Shown piece by piece: positions 16,880 to 27,242 of a DNA stretch of 64,000 bases. Each line of letters opens with the position of its first letter. The stretch's first letter is position 1. Source of the stretch: a virus. Its lineage: Duplodnaviria; Caudoviricetes. The notes below the pieces were generated by a model that made no database searches, had not been told where the DNA came from, and saw only the letters and a program-made list of their open reading frames with translations. Location: positions 64,001-128,000 of the IMG/VR virus record IMGVR_UViG_3300037067_027616, one strand, 5' to 3'. Position numbers and translations under genes: made by a program.

Positions 16880-17482
16880 TTATTTGACATCGTCATCTTC
16901 GACTTCCGACTTCTCTCCAATGCACTTCGCCCTGAGCGTAATGTGCTGTGGACTTTGAGCCTCTTCCATGGAGGCGTTTAGGATAAGCGAACCTTGTCGA
17001 TCCTCCACTACGACATGGTAAAGGGTTCCTTGATACACGGGCTTATCCGCCCCGCCCTCAAACAGGTCATAGGTGCCCACCCACAGGCTGTCGTGCATCT
17101 CCACCTTAACTTTATAGGTATCATTTCCATCATCCTTGAAGGAAAAGGACAGGGCATAAGGCTCGTACAGTCTTCTCTGCACATCCACAGCCTTTGCCAC
17201 CATGGGAACTTTCTGGTTCTCCTCGTAGAATTGAACATTTCCTTCATATGAAGCTACCACTCTGTCTGTGCCATGCAGGCGCAAGAGGCACCTGGGTATG
17301 GCGGCGCACTCGTAAGGATACTCCTTCCACATCTTTGAATCCCGCATATTCAAGCGCACAATGTAAGTGGTGCCAACGCCTGGCGCCCCGATTGAGGAAA
17401 CACCGACGATGACACCGCAAGCGCCGGAATCCGTAGTTGTTACGGCCGTGCCTGGCTTCAAGCAATGAGCATAATTCGTCAC
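16880..17482 (-). CDS. hypothetical protein
   Basis: Translationally coupled to the phosphoesterase gene. Confidence 0.6.
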   Translation of the reverse strand: MTNYAHCLKPGTAVTTTDSGACGVIVGVSSIGAPGVGTTYIVRLNMRDSKMWKEYPYECAAIPRCLLRLHGTDRVVASYEGNVQFYEENQKVPMVAKAVDVQRRLYEPYALSFSFKDDGNDTYKVKVEMHDSLWVGTYDLFEGGADKPVYQGTLYHVVVEDRQGSLILNASMEEAQSPQHITLRAKCIGEKSEVEDDDVK

Positions 17483-18069
17483 GACTTCAAGTCCTCCTCA
17501 TAATACACTCGGCGCTTGTCTGGAGGCACAAAGATCCTTTTGGAAAGCACCTCTTTAATCTCTCCGAAAGAAATGGGACGGAACAACGGTTCTCCATACA
17601 GCATGACATCCACACCAACGTCCATCTTCAAGCACGAGGGGTGTTCCGGCAGATCCCCATGGACGTGGCCATACAAATGCCAAGAGCCTTTCATGCTTCC
17701 ATCCCACGCCTGCATTGGAAAATGATCAAGGGCTATATGCACACCATCGAACGAAAGAGTTTTTCTCTCACCTACCCACTTCCAAGGCAACTTGACTACA
17801 GAAGGATTCTTTTGATCGTGATTTCCTATGATGAGAAATTTATCACCGTTGAGTTGACGGAAAATCTTCTCCGCCCCTCCTTCCGGCATTTTCACCGCAA
17901 AATCACCCAAGACATATACGATGTCATTCCTTTTGACCACGTCATTCCAACGTCGGATCAAATCCTCATTCATGTCCTCTACGGATTTGTACGGTCGTTT
18001 ACGTTCCAGCAAAGTGAGCATCGCGGGATGCCAAAAATGTGGATCTGCTGTGAACCAACGCTCCATCAA
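17479..18069 (-). CDS. calcineurin-like metallophosphoesterase
   Basis: DPH, LGD, GNHD, HFP, GHVH motifs. Confidence 0.9.
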   Translation of the reverse strand: MMERWFTADPHFWHPAMLTLLERKRPYKSVEDMNEDLIRRWNDVVKRNDIVYVLGDFAVKMPEGGAEKIFRQLNGDKFLIIGNHDQKNPSVVKLPWKWVGERKTLSFDGVHIALDHFPMQAWDGSMKGSWHLYGHVHGDLPEHPSCLKMDVGVDVMLYGEPLFRPISFGEIKEVLSKRIFVPPDKRRVYYEEDLKS

Positions 18070-18449
18070 TTATCCCCCGTAAGTTCTTCTATCTCCGAAC
18101 GGATATGGGCATTAAAAATCATCGAATCAAATTCCTTGCTGGCCAATTCCTTGGCCACTATTTTTAAATCCTTTGGATATATGATATGGAGCCACACCAT
18201 CAGAAATCCGGACAAAAGCAAATAACTCCAACACATGTAGAATGAAAAAGGTTTCACAGAAAAGGCCCCAGGGATATACAGCAGTAATAGGAACGACACA
18301 TACGCAAAAGCTGGAACCAAGGCCACTGAAAACAAGCTTAATTCTTTGTATTTCAAATGTCGGTAATGCCCTATGGTATCCCAAGCCAAAAAGGATTCTA
18401 GGCTCTTCGCCGTAAAACAATACAATTTGTCGATACGGGCTTCAGACAT
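18066..18449 (-). CDS. hypothetical membrane protein
   Basis: Two TM segments; promoter-like TAGACA-N17-TATATT at 18474-18502. Confidence 0.6.
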   Translation of the reverse strand: MSEARIDKLYCFTAKSLESFLAWDTIGHYRHLKYKELSLFSVALVPAFAYVSFLLLLYIPGAFSVKPFSFYMCWSYLLLSGFLMVWLHIIYPKDLKIVAKELASKEFDSMIFNAHIRSEIEELTGDN

Positions 18450-18503
18450 ACACCTTATCCTGTTTGTAGTGGTAATATACCTTTCTATGAGATTTTTGTC
18501 TAC

Positions 18504-18800
18504 CTAAAATAAAAAGCAGTCGGGATCCTCATCGTCATCATATAGCTTTGGAAAGTCCTTCGGTGGGGCAACTGATTTTGGTGCCTTCCTAAAAGCTAAA
18601 CGCCGCGCCCTAGTACTTTCAGAACGTAAGCACCCGCAACTTGACGTGTTTCCTCTGATAACATTGTGCTTCAAGAGCGTAATCTTTTTTCCGCAGGAAC
18701 ATTGACAAAATATCTTCGGATTTTTTCCATGACCACCATCTTGCAATATTGTAAGTCTTCCGAAAACCTTACCTGTAACGTCTTTCTTGGGCCTAGGCAT
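18504..18800 (-). CDS. small Cys protein resembling the N-terminus of phage HNH/AP2 proteins
   Basis: GKVFGRLTI...CQCSCG...GNTSSCGCL. Confidence 0.7.
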   Translation of the reverse strand: MPRPKKDVTGKVFGRLTILQDGGHGKNPKIFCQCSCGKKITLLKHNVIRGNTSSCGCLRSESTRARRLAFRKAPKSVAPPKDFPKLYDDDEDPDCFLF

Positions 18801-18870
18801 ATCTCTCCTACAGGTTCAAGGACCTCACACCCATAACCGAATATACCATTTTACACGTCATATATAAAGC

Positions 18871-18902
18871 AAAAAAGCCCCGGGATTTTACCCGGAGCTT
18901 TA
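18871..18902 (-). terminator. Rho-independent terminator after hsp20
   Basis: AGCTCCGGG-TAAAAT-CCCGGGGCT followed by a T run. Confidence 0.8.
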
Positions 18903-18925
18903 AATTAGAGATACTGTGAAAATGT

Positions 18926-19363
18926 TTATTTGATTTCGATACTCTTTGGTTTAGCTTCGGGAGCCTTCAACAAGTTGACTTCGAGTATACCGTCGTTCAT
19001 CTTGGCAGACACTTCAGACTCCTTTACGTTCTCTGGCAGTCTGAAAGACCTGGAGAATGACCCGAAACTTCTCTCGCGGTAAGTATATGACCCTTCCTTT
19101 TTGGTTTCTTCCCTTTTGCGCTCACCGCTTACTGTGATGACCCCGTCTTTGACCTCGACCGACACGTCTTTTTTGCTGATGCCTGGAAGGTCGAAAGACA
19201 GCCTATAGCCGTCATCCGTTTCTTGGATGTCTACCGGTGCATTGGTGGTGACTTCGGTGGCACGCGGCCAATGCCAAGGGGACCTGAACAATGAATCGAT
19301 CTCGTCCTCGATGGTGCTCAAAGTTCCGCCAAAAACAGGTGTCCTCAAAGCAAGTGCGTTCAT
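18926..19363 (-). CDS. hsp20: Hsp20/alpha-crystallin small heat shock protein
   Basis: PVDIQET...DLPG...SGERK...ERSFGSFSRSFRLP...A.MNDGILEV; GGAGG RBS. Confidence 0.95.
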   Translation of the reverse strand: MNALALRTPVFGGTLSTIEDEIDSLFRSPWHWPRATEVTTNAPVDIQETDDGYRLSFDLPGISKKDVSVEVKDGVITVSGERKREETKKEGSYTYRERSFGSFSRSFRLPENVKESEVSAKMNDGILEVNLLKAPEAKPKSIEIK

Positions 19364-19407
19364 ATTTACCTCCTGGGTTGTGGTTTGCACTTACGGCAGG
19401 AGGTATT

Positions 19408-19424
19408 TGCAAAGGTCATGCCAA
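19408..19424 (-). promoter_or_regulatory. sigma54 (-24/-12) promoter of hsp20
   Basis: TTGGCAT-GACCT-TTGCA matches TGGCAC-N5-TTGCW with correct GG/GC spacing. Confidence 0.7.
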
Positions 19425-19754
19425 CACTTTAATTGGCATATGCTGTGTGTTGTAGGTAACAAAAGTTTCAAGATGAAACTTCTGTATTAGGGGCGTGTTT
19501 TAAATTGAATCGAAAAGCACAGTCAACGCCACCCGAAGAATTTCCTTAAAAACCATCTGCACAAGAAATTTTTTCCTGACGCATCGGGTGTAGGCAATCT
19601 TTCTTTTTTATTGTGGTCACGCCAGTTATTTATAATACGACGCGCGTCTTTGTGCATGCTGCGAGTATTGGTGTACGGCCCTAAAGTTATAATTATGAAA
19701 CCGTCTGGTGTGGTTTCCACCCTGCTTGCCTCAAATTCAGATAAATGGCACTTG

Positions 19755-20831
19755 TCAAACAATTTCATTAAAAGACCCTTTTGATCCCATTTTGACGGCC
19801 GAGCAGTACACAAGCTTGACAGTTTCATCAACGTCATCCAAAGAACACTCTTCCACCGGGGTGTGCATGTATCTCACCGGAACAGATATGTTGATGGTAG
19901 GTATACCAACGTTGGTCAGACGTATAGCGTCCGCATCCGTGCCTGTCTCATTTGGTTCAGGGGCTATCTGAATGTCTATGTTATTCTCCTTTGCGGCCTC
20001 CTTGACGCACTGAAGCAGCACCTTATTGCAAGCCGCCCCCACAGTCACGATGGGACCTTTGCCCAAGGATATGCTCCCAACTTTTTTGGCATCGGTATCA
20101 TCGGGAGTGTCAGTCGCAAAAAACACATCCACCACGATTGCCGCATCAGGTTTTATGATGTTGGCAACTGTCTTCGCTCCGCACAACCCTATTTCTTCTT
20201 GGACGGTCGAAACGCCATAAAGCGTCAAAGGATCCTTGGCACCACACTCATGGGCGTAGCGAACAACTTCAGCCGCCACGAACGCCCCAATTTTGTCATC
20301 AAGGCCACGATTGGATAACCTTTTGTAATCACCACAAGGAAGAAGAATCGGGGATCCAGACTGCATATAGGCAACACTACCTACAGGTATAACTGAAGCA
20401 GCCTCTTGAAATGAAGATGCACCGACATCTATCCACAGGTCATGCACCTTCGTTTTTTTCTTTTCGTCGTCCTCATCTTGAAGGTGTATAGGTTGCCGTC
20501 CTATGACACCTATGACATCCGAGCAATGAAATTTTACCCTGGTACCCTGCAGGATATCAACGTCAACACCGCCTATCGGGGCAAAATGTGCGAAACCTTT
20601 GTCCGTGATGTGTGTTATCATAAGCCCTATTTCATCGCAGTGTCCTACGACCATGACGGTCTTATTGCTCACGGGTGTCCGCGCCCACGCGTTTCCCATG
20701 GAGTCCGTATCGTATTTAGCGGCGTATGGCATGACATACTTCAGCCACTCTCTTTGACCGAAAATTTCATAACCGGAAGGCGTACCACACTCGAGGAACC
20801 TCATGAGGAAATCCAACGATTCAGAGCGCAT
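19755..20831 (-). CDS. M42 family metallo-aminopeptidase
   Basis: GHCDEIG, LDDK, VQEEIG, VDV, RYMHTPVE metal-ligand motifs. Confidence 0.92.
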   Translation of the reverse strand: MRSESLDFLMRFLECGTPSGYEIFGQREWLKYVMPYAAKYDTDSMGNAWARTPVSNKTVMVVGHCDEIGLMITHITDKGFAHFAPIGGVDVDILQGTRVKFHCSDVIGVIGRQPIHLQDEDDEKKKTKVHDLWIDVGASSFQEAASVIPVGSVAYMQSGSPILLPCGDYKRLSNRGLDDKIGAFVAAEVVRYAHECGAKDPLTLYGVSTVQEEIGLCGAKTVANIIKPDAAIVVDVFFATDTPDDTDAKKVGSISLGKGPIVTVGAACNKVLLQCVKEAAKENNIDIQIAPEPNETGTDADAIRLTNVGIPTINISVPVRYMHTPVEECSLDDVDETVKLVYCSAVKMGSKGSFNEIV

Positions 20832-21274
20832 AATTTAGTTGCCTTTCTCGAAAAGATCCAATTGTATTTTGTCTCTCCATCCCACCGAGCCATCGGCGCA
20901 CGGATAAAAATCCATGCCAGACGTATCATAAACCCTGAATATGGCTATGCACATATTTTTTCCGTTAGCCACAAAAACGCTGTACAAGCCGGCATATTTA
21001 TCCAAAACAACCACCTTGATGCCACGTTTTTTTGCAAAATGAAGAACAGATTTTTCAGAGCGTTCTGGTATTGCAGAAACAGAAACGCGTTGTCCATCTC
21101 CTAACTTAGGGAAATTAGTAATATTCCCGTGCATAAGATGCATGCAGTTGTTGTCCCCCGTTAATTGATCTTGGGGGACCTTGCATTGGCAATAATCATC
21201 TTTGTACCAAGCGCAATATATCTCGGAACACTTGACGGATTCCTCTGACACACGATGAATATTGCTTTTAGGAC

Positions 21275-21910
21275 TCACTCTTCTTCTCCGTAGTCGATGC
21301 CTCCTATCACCCCGTTGATGAAGCAATTTACGGTAAGGCACATCAATATGTCTGTTTTTATCTCCTCAAGGGCCCCCACAAGCGTCATGAGAGAGGACTC
21401 TGAAAGCACCCCGGATATCCTTCTTCCTCCGATACCGAGGGGTTGACCGGTATTCTCGTCTATGCCTACCATGAGAAGTACATATGACCCGTCCTCCAGG
21501 TGGTCAGCGTCAGCCTCATCATCACTCACCCCCTCATTGGTGCGCTCAAGAAACTTCCCGAACGCCTCCATAACGGCTTGTGTTTTCTCCACCTCTATCA
21601 CGCTTATAGCCATCTTAAGCAAATCTGGTGGGAAACTGGACAGACGGCTCATCCTGCCATTCTTCTCATACTTGCATTTTCCGTTTTTGACTTCAATGCG
21701 AAGCAACGGTATTTCCTCTACCTTTGTTTCTTCACTAAGATATGGTGCGGCACCCTTGAACTTTTTCAAACGCACAAAAGCACCTGAGTCGGACTTAACC
21801 CACCTGTCGTTGCTGTCGAGGCAACAGTCGATGTACTTCTTTCCACTACCGCAAGGGCAATCATCGTTGGCACCGACCGGGCTGTACGATTCTGACTCTA
21901 TCTCTGACAT
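21275..21910 (-). CDS. SEC-C motif protein
   Basis: NDDCPCGSGKKYIDCC. Confidence 0.8.
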   Translation of the reverse strand: MSEIESESYSPVGANDDCPCGSGKKYIDCCLDSNDRWVKSDSGAFVRLKKFKGAAPYLSEETKVEEIPLLRIEVKNGKCKYEKNGRMSRLSSFPPDLLKMAISVIEVEKTQAVMEAFGKFLERTNEGVSDDEADADHLEDGSYVLLMVGIDENTGQPLGIGGRRISGVLSESSLMTLVGALEEIKTDILMCLTVNCFINGVIGGIDYGEEE

Positions 21911-21956
21911 GTTGATCCCTTCATTGCACGATGGTTTTTCATGATGTATACCGAGT

Positions 21957-22781
21957 TCAGTTCTCCAATATCTCCAATATGAGGGAATCAGGCTCCCCGG
22001 ACTGTACCCCGCGGTGAAACATAACGAGTTTCTTGTACTCCTGCCACACGGACGTCTTGTATTCCTTGATGTAGGCTTGCGCTTCTTTGCTCTTCTTTTT
22101 TATTTTAGCGGGATCGCCGGTTCCTGAAACGTAGTGTCGCATTGCATGTTGCAGTGCCTCGTTGCGCGTCTGTCCCTCATTGATGGCATCAGTATAGCTT
22201 TCTGAAAAATAGGTGAAACCTATAACCATGTTGTAGAGATCGTTCCACAACGTTTCACCTTCCTTGTATCTGATGCCCAATTTATTTGCAATGGATTTAC
22301 CGGTCTTCTCCATGACTTGTGTCATCCCTACGGCTCCGCTATCCGATGTAAGCGTAGGGTTGAAATTGGACTCGTACCTCACCAAAGCAGCGTATGCTTG
22401 CCAAGGTATACCGTACTTATTGGAGAAATCCTTGAATATGAATGCGTAATACCTTGATTCCCATACGGTAAGATGGTCATAAGCCATGGATAGAGTCTTC
22501 TCCATGTCCTTGACTTCTTTATCGACAATAGCCGATTCGGCCACCTTTTCCTGTAACCTTGTGTAATCCTCTACGAAGTACCGGGTTTTGTTCCACCCCA
22601 AATACAAGAGCCACATGACCCCGAGCGCGGCGCATGTGTAGAAAAGAATAAAAATTGCTGACCTGATTATAAGATGATGCCTGTGCATTGGGTGCTTATC
22701 GTGTTCGACTATTTCATCGACGAGTTCATTGGGACTTGGCACTATGGTATCCTCATCAACGGGTTCGATAAGTGTCTTCAT
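21957..22781 (-). CDS. membrane-anchored SLT-family lytic transglycosylase
   Basis: TM helix; RYESNFNP...SGAVGMTQVM catalytic motifs. Confidence 0.85.
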   Translation of the reverse strand: MKTLIEPVDEDTIVPSPNELVDEIVEHDKHPMHRHHLIIRSAIFILFYTCAALGVMWLLYLGWNKTRYFVEDYTRLQEKVAESAIVDKEVKDMEKTLSMAYDHLTVWESRYYAFIFKDFSNKYGIPWQAYAALVRYESNFNPTLTSDSGAVGMTQVMEKTGKSIANKLGIRYKEGETLWNDLYNMVIGFTYFSESYTDAINEGQTRNEALQHAMRHYVSGTGDPAKIKKKSKEAQAYIKEYKTSVWQEYKKLVMFHRGVQSGEPDSLILEILEN

Positions 22782-23113
22782 CAGGATACTATCTCCCTTT
22801 CTTTTTTCGGAAGAAAGGCCAAACCAATTTCAAGGCCGGAAGGTTCCACTTTCCTTCTGTATATATCCTTACCCCGTCTTGATACGCGCTTTACGTACGG
22901 TGACAATCTTTTACTGAGGAGTTGTATCGAAGACTCAAATCCCCCTGTCTGCTTTTTGATCCTGACGATCCCGGATGTCGGAGACACATAGGACACCACG
23001 TGTGGTTTTGACTTCACCACACCTATGCAGACGATGTCTCCGGCTTTGACTCTGGCACGCAATATCCTGGAGGCCTCGGATGACATAAATTCCACGGTCA
23101 CCGTTTTTCCCAT
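22781..23113 (-). CDS. basic hypothetical protein
   Basis: Coupled ORF. Confidence 0.55.
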   Translation of the reverse strand: MGKTVTVEFMSSEASRILRARVKAGDIVCIGVVKSKPHVVSYVSPTSGIVRIKKQTGGFESSIQLLSKRLSPYVKRVSRRGKDIYRRKVEPSGLEIGLAFLPKKEREIVS

Positions 23114-23412
23114 AGGTACCCCTCAATCAGAACTGTCGTAGCGATATGTATACTTGCACTCCGCGCATTTTACAACGTGTTCTATACCGCGATGCGGGGG
23201 GCCAACATCAACATCAGAAACAACATGGTTCTTTTTCTGGCATTCGGTGACAATCTCGGGATTTTTCGTCCACTCATTTGCCCAGCCAAGATCCTTATAC
23301 TCGGGGTCACTCACGATAAGCCTCCTAAAAGACAGCACCCGCCAGATTGCGGATGCTGTTTTATTAATATACCTTTTAGGGACTTAAAATTCGACTATTA
23401 TTTATCAGAAAT

Positions 23413-24315
23413 TTATGCAGCCACTTTGCGCGTAGTAGGCTTTGACCGCAAGGATATAAGCCTGTTGGCGATTGCCTGGTGGCTGTATTTAGGGAGGCCT
23501 TTGCGAGAATTGAAATGCGTCTGGATCTCGCGTATGCTATATCCCTGCAGTCGTTTAGATATGATGGCACGGTCGTGGCACTTGGACCCGTTGTGTATGG
23601 CGTCCATGAACTCCTTCTCCCTGATGCCAACATCAACTGAACATAGCGCCTCTGAATAAGTGTGTTCCCCGATGCACGTGGGAGTGTCATCGAACATGGG
23701 AAACAACTTGCTCTCGTGGTTCGCAGCATAACCCCAGGCACCACTGCCTGCATAGTGGTCTTCAGGGTCGGCGTTCTTTTCCCTTGCCGCCCACGGAATG
23801 AACCCACGCTCACGGCGTGCGGATTGCCAATTCGTGGGATAGGACATGGAGGAATCAATACGGCCGAACCGGCGCATGTGAAGTCCGTCCCGGTGGTACT
23901 CTTGACCCATGATGTGTTCGATCCACTTGTACAGGAACTGACCGCGTTTGGCCTTAAGGTTTATGCCCATGTCCAAGGCAACCCTTTCGGCCTCATCGTT
24001 GCCGGCCTTCATGAGACGGTTGTAGACACGCGTAGCCTTGGCCGCGCTGTCGGTGCGACGCTTGACCTCGGCACGCACGACCCGCGCCACTGACCACTTC
24101 TGGAAAACCTTGAGTTCATACAGGCCTACGAACAGGCGGTTGAACGCATCGGGGATGCCATCTTGGCTCGGATACTTGTGGATCATGTGCTTGAAGATGC
24201 GGTTGATCTCTGCCTGGTCGCTTTCATAATTCATTTTGAACTCGTCCGCGTCCATGGCAACAACATCATCCTTCTGACTTCCGGTAAGCACTTCACCGGC
24301 GAAAGAAGATTTCAT
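23413..24315 (-). CDS. hypothetical protein with a possible C-terminal HTH
   Basis: GGAGG RBS, promoter upstream; GYSIREIQ..SHQAIANRL. Confidence 0.65.
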   Translation of the reverse strand: MKSSFAGEVLTGSQKDDVVAMDADEFKMNYESDQAEINRIFKHMIHKYPSQDGIPDAFNRLFVGLYELKVFQKWSVARVVRAEVKRRTDSAAKATRVYNRLMKAGNDEAERVALDMGINLKAKRGQFLYKWIEHIMGQEYHRDGLHMRRFGRIDSSMSYPTNWQSARRERGFIPWAAREKNADPEDHYAGSGAWGYAANHESKLFPMFDDTPTCIGEHTYSEALCSVDVGIREKEFMDAIHNGSKCHDRAIISKRLQGYSIREIQTHFNSRKGLPKYSHQAIANRLISLRSKPTTRKVAA

Positions 24316-24360
24316 GTGGGTCCTCCTGCTCTAGAGGTTTTTGGTATGTGATGTAATGCG

Positions 24361-24389
24361 AATATACGGACTGGCAAAACGTATGTCAA
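24361..24389 (-). promoter_or_regulatory. sigma70 promoter TTGACA-N17-TATATT
   Basis: Exact motif and spacing. Confidence 0.75.
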
Positions 24390-24390
24390 G

Positions 24391-24672
24391 TCATTTTACA
24401 CCTAATTCTTTTTCCATCGCATCCCTAATTGAATGCCTCCTCTTGACGTCCCTTGAAACCTCCGCGAGACGGGCGGATATCGGCGCCGGAGGCGGGTCAT
24501 TCAAAGCCTTCGACATAGAGCGCAACTCATCCAAAGTCTGCGCGCGGTAGCGGTTCTCGGCATCAAACCTTCGGGCCTTTTCGATAGCTGAAGACTCCAG
24601 CAGCTTGGCTGATTTCTCGAGCACACACCCCAAAACCCATATGCCTATTACAAACAAAATGAATCCGATCAT
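24391..24672 (-). CDS. small membrane-anchored hypothetical protein
   Basis: GGAGG RBS, N-terminal TM helix. Confidence 0.6.
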   Translation of the reverse strand: MIGFILFVIGIWVLGCVLEKSAKLLESSAIEKARRFDAENRYRAQTLDELRSMSKALNDPPPAPISARLAEVSRDVKRRHSIRDAMEKELGVK

Positions 24673-24681
24673 GGTGACCTC

Positions 24682-25593
24682 CTATCCCCGGGCCTTTGCC
24701 CGGGGGTTCACCTTGTGTGCATACTCATTGCGCAACTCCGCATCTGCCGATTCTGTGGCATCCTTGGTGACCACGTCCTTGATGGCCGCGTCCCAATCGT
24801 AGGCCCACTCCTCGACGAGCGACACGGCGCGTTGCGCCTGCTCGGTGGTGAGTTCACCACGTACTACACTGCAGGACACCGAATAAGGCACGTCCTGGCG
24901 ACACATCGCATCGAATGTTTCCGCCGCATCGTCCGAGCAAAGTATCTCCGCCTCGGTAAAGTGCAGAAGCATGTCGATGGCAAGTTCCTCACCGTACTTC
25001 TCAACCACACGCTGGCATGCCTTCACCACATCGCGCCACTGTGCCTCGGTGTAGGAGTCAAGCCGCGCATCGGTGATGGCTACATCTATCAAGTTCTCCG
25101 GCATGCCCATCTTCCGCAAGGCCTCATCGAACCCATCGCGGATCTCCTGTTCGCGGGTCGCCTTCCGTGCTCCCTTGAGGGCTTCCTTAAGACCCTCTGA
25201 ATGGGCGGTCGACTTGCATTGATTCTTCAAATACCGCTGGTAGTCAGGATTAGGACGGCCGAGGATCGTGGGACTCGGAACATTGAGTCCCTCGGGATCC
25301 TTCTCGCGGCCCGACACTATGCCCTTGTACCTTGATATAACACTTTTAATGCGCGGGTCGCCCACCCATTTGGAAGGTTCAACCACACACATTCTCTCAT
25401 ACATACGTGCCACACTCTCCTCCGATGCAGGGCCAAGAACCTTGTCTGCTCCATAGGAGCCACTGAACTCCTCGAGCTTGTCATTAAGACGCGCCGCCCT
25501 GCCGGACAATGACCGAGTGACAGGGCCGCAGACGATACGCATGAAGCCCCAGCACACAAGTCCCAACACAATGGCTACGATCCATCCGAACAT
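24682..25593 (-). CDS. membrane-anchored hypothetical protein
   Basis: N-terminal TM helix, 303 aa. Confidence 0.7.
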   Translation of the reverse strand: MFGWIVAIVLGLVCWGFMRIVCGPVTRSLSGRAARLNDKLEEFSGSYGADKVLGPASEESVARMYERMCVVEPSKWVGDPRIKSVISRYKGIVSGREKDPEGLNVPSPTILGRPNPDYQRYLKNQCKSTAHSEGLKEALKGARKATREQEIRDGFDEALRKMGMPENLIDVAITDARLDSYTEAQWRDVVKACQRVVEKYGEELAIDMLLHFTEAEILCSDDAAETFDAMCRQDVPYSVSCSVVRGELTTEQAQRAVSLVEEWAYDWDAAIKDVVTKDATESADAELRNEYAHKVNPRAKARG

Positions 25594-25611
25594 GGCGAGC
25601 CCCCTTTCTTT

Positions 25612-26625
25612 TCAAACCAAGGACAGTTCCTTGCGGTACTGGTCGACAAGGCCACGAATGCTGGCTTCGTCAGCCGCCATAGTCGCAAGGCACTCCAACT
25701 CCGTAGTCACATTCGTGCGAAGACCCTTATCGCTGATGATGTCCTTGTCCTTGTACATGTCCAACACCCTTGTCTTGAACTCTTTGAGCTTCCCTTTGAA
25801 ATGTTCATCGCCGGCGAGATCCATCGACTCATACCGGTCAATCATCTTCCTCACCACATCAAGCGTCGCCTTCGTAAGACGCTTGCCTTCCTTGAACGTC
25901 TTGGCCGCATGCGAAAGAGCCTCGGTCGCCTCACCGCGCATCTGCGCCACCACTTGTTCCGAGAACGTGTTCACACGCTGACGGATGCTCTCCGTATACG
26001 CCTCACGAAGCAACCTGACCTTGTCCGCATCCTGGGCGATGTCCTCATAGGTCGCCCTCGTTATGTCCGGCAGCTGAACCTGGAAGACCACAAAATCCAT
26101 GTGATACTTTCTCCGCAATTCCTGCGGAGTGGGGTACACTTTGTTGATCCTTTCCAAGAACTCGTTTACGTAATCATCCTCCGTCTGATCCAAGCCGCCG
26201 CACAGGAGTGTCCTGCGCTTGTAGGCCTCGTGTGCCGCCGTCACGAACTCAGACCGCATGTCCATGCGGTGTTTGTCGTACTCCGACACAACCTTGTCCG
26301 CCGCATCATCATAGCAACGGATAAGGTGCTGGAGCTTGCTTGTGCATTCCTCAAGGTTTGTGCGTGGCACGAACCGGGCCCAACCGAACGGGAACGGGAA
26401 GCTGTAACGTGTCACTGTTTCCCTTGCTTGATACTCAAGGTGACGTATCTCCGCCATAGCCGATGCGGGTATCAACTTTTTGTGCCCGAGGATGAACGTG
26501 GCCGGCAGATCTTCTTTGGTCAGCCCGAGGTCTTCCGGCTGAAGCTTGCGCTCCGCCATCCACATCCCGACATTCAAGTCGATAAGACATCCCTTGCGAA
26601 ATATTTCCTGTAGTGACTCGGTCAT
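25612..26625 (-). CDS. DUF3150-like helical phage protein
   Basis: LIDLNVGMW..ERKL...LG....LGHKKLIP...SFPF...RFVP pattern. Confidence 0.65.
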   Translation of the reverse strand: MTESLQEIFRKGCLIDLNVGMWMAERKLQPEDLGLTKEDLPATFILGHKKLIPASAMAEIRHLEYQARETVTRYSFPFPFGWARFVPRTNLEECTSKLQHLIRCYDDAADKVVSEYDKHRMDMRSEFVTAAHEAYKRRTLLCGGLDQTEDDYVNEFLERINKVYPTPQELRRKYHMDFVVFQVQLPDITRATYEDIAQDADKVRLLREAYTESIRQRVNTFSEQVVAQMRGEATEALSHAAKTFKEGKRLTKATLDVVRKMIDRYESMDLAGDEHFKGKLKEFKTRVLDMYKDKDIISDKGLRTNVTTELECLATMAADEASIRGLVDQYRKELSLV

Positions 26626-27239
26626 TTCCTCAGCTCCCGGTAAGGATTAAGAATCTTCGGCTTTGTTTTATTACCCTCAATCGTCCACGGATAACACACA
26701 GCCACCAACCCGTAGTTTACCTCATTGCCCTCCTGTGAAGCCCACGCAAGGCCATCTTCGCTGACCTGCCCCTGGGTCTCGAACGGAGCCTGCGTGATAC
26801 GCGCCGTGGGATCCTCACGCGTCCAATAACACACGTGAAGAACTTTGCAGGCATCAGGCTCATCGTTCAGAGTCTCCGGTATCTCCGCGTTCGGGTCATC
26901 GTATTCTGCATACATGCAAGCCATGACCAAGGCGACCGCATCAGGGTTCAGCTTGTCGACTATTTCATCCGCCACCTTCTGGATGTTCTTCTCGTCCTCA
27001 TCGCCCTGCAACTTGAAACCAACAAGCGAACGATAGATCTTATCCGGCTCGTCCGTGTCAGCCTTGTCTTCCGAATCTACCGTTATGATCGACTCGTTCT
27101 GTATAATCGAAAGGTCAAGCGGCTCTCCCTTGTTGATGGCGTACAGCACAGGATAATGATGACCGTAACGCTTCATGAACGCAAACATCCTCTCCATGGA
27201 AAGACTCACAACCAAAGATGCTTCTACATGTCTGATCAT
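26622..27239 (-). CDS. hypothetical protein
   Basis: Coupled ORF. Confidence 0.65.
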   Translation of the reverse strand: MIRHVEASLVVSLSMERMFAFMKRYGHHYPVLYAINKGEPLDLSIIQNESIITVDSEDKADTDEPDKIYRSLVGFKLQGDEDEKNIQKVADEIVDKLNPDAVALVMACMYAEYDDPNAEIPETLNDEPDACKVLHVCYWTREDPTARITQAPFETQGQVSEDGLAWASQEGNEVNYGLVAVCYPWTIEGNKTKPKILNPYRELRK

Positions 27240-27242
27240 GTG

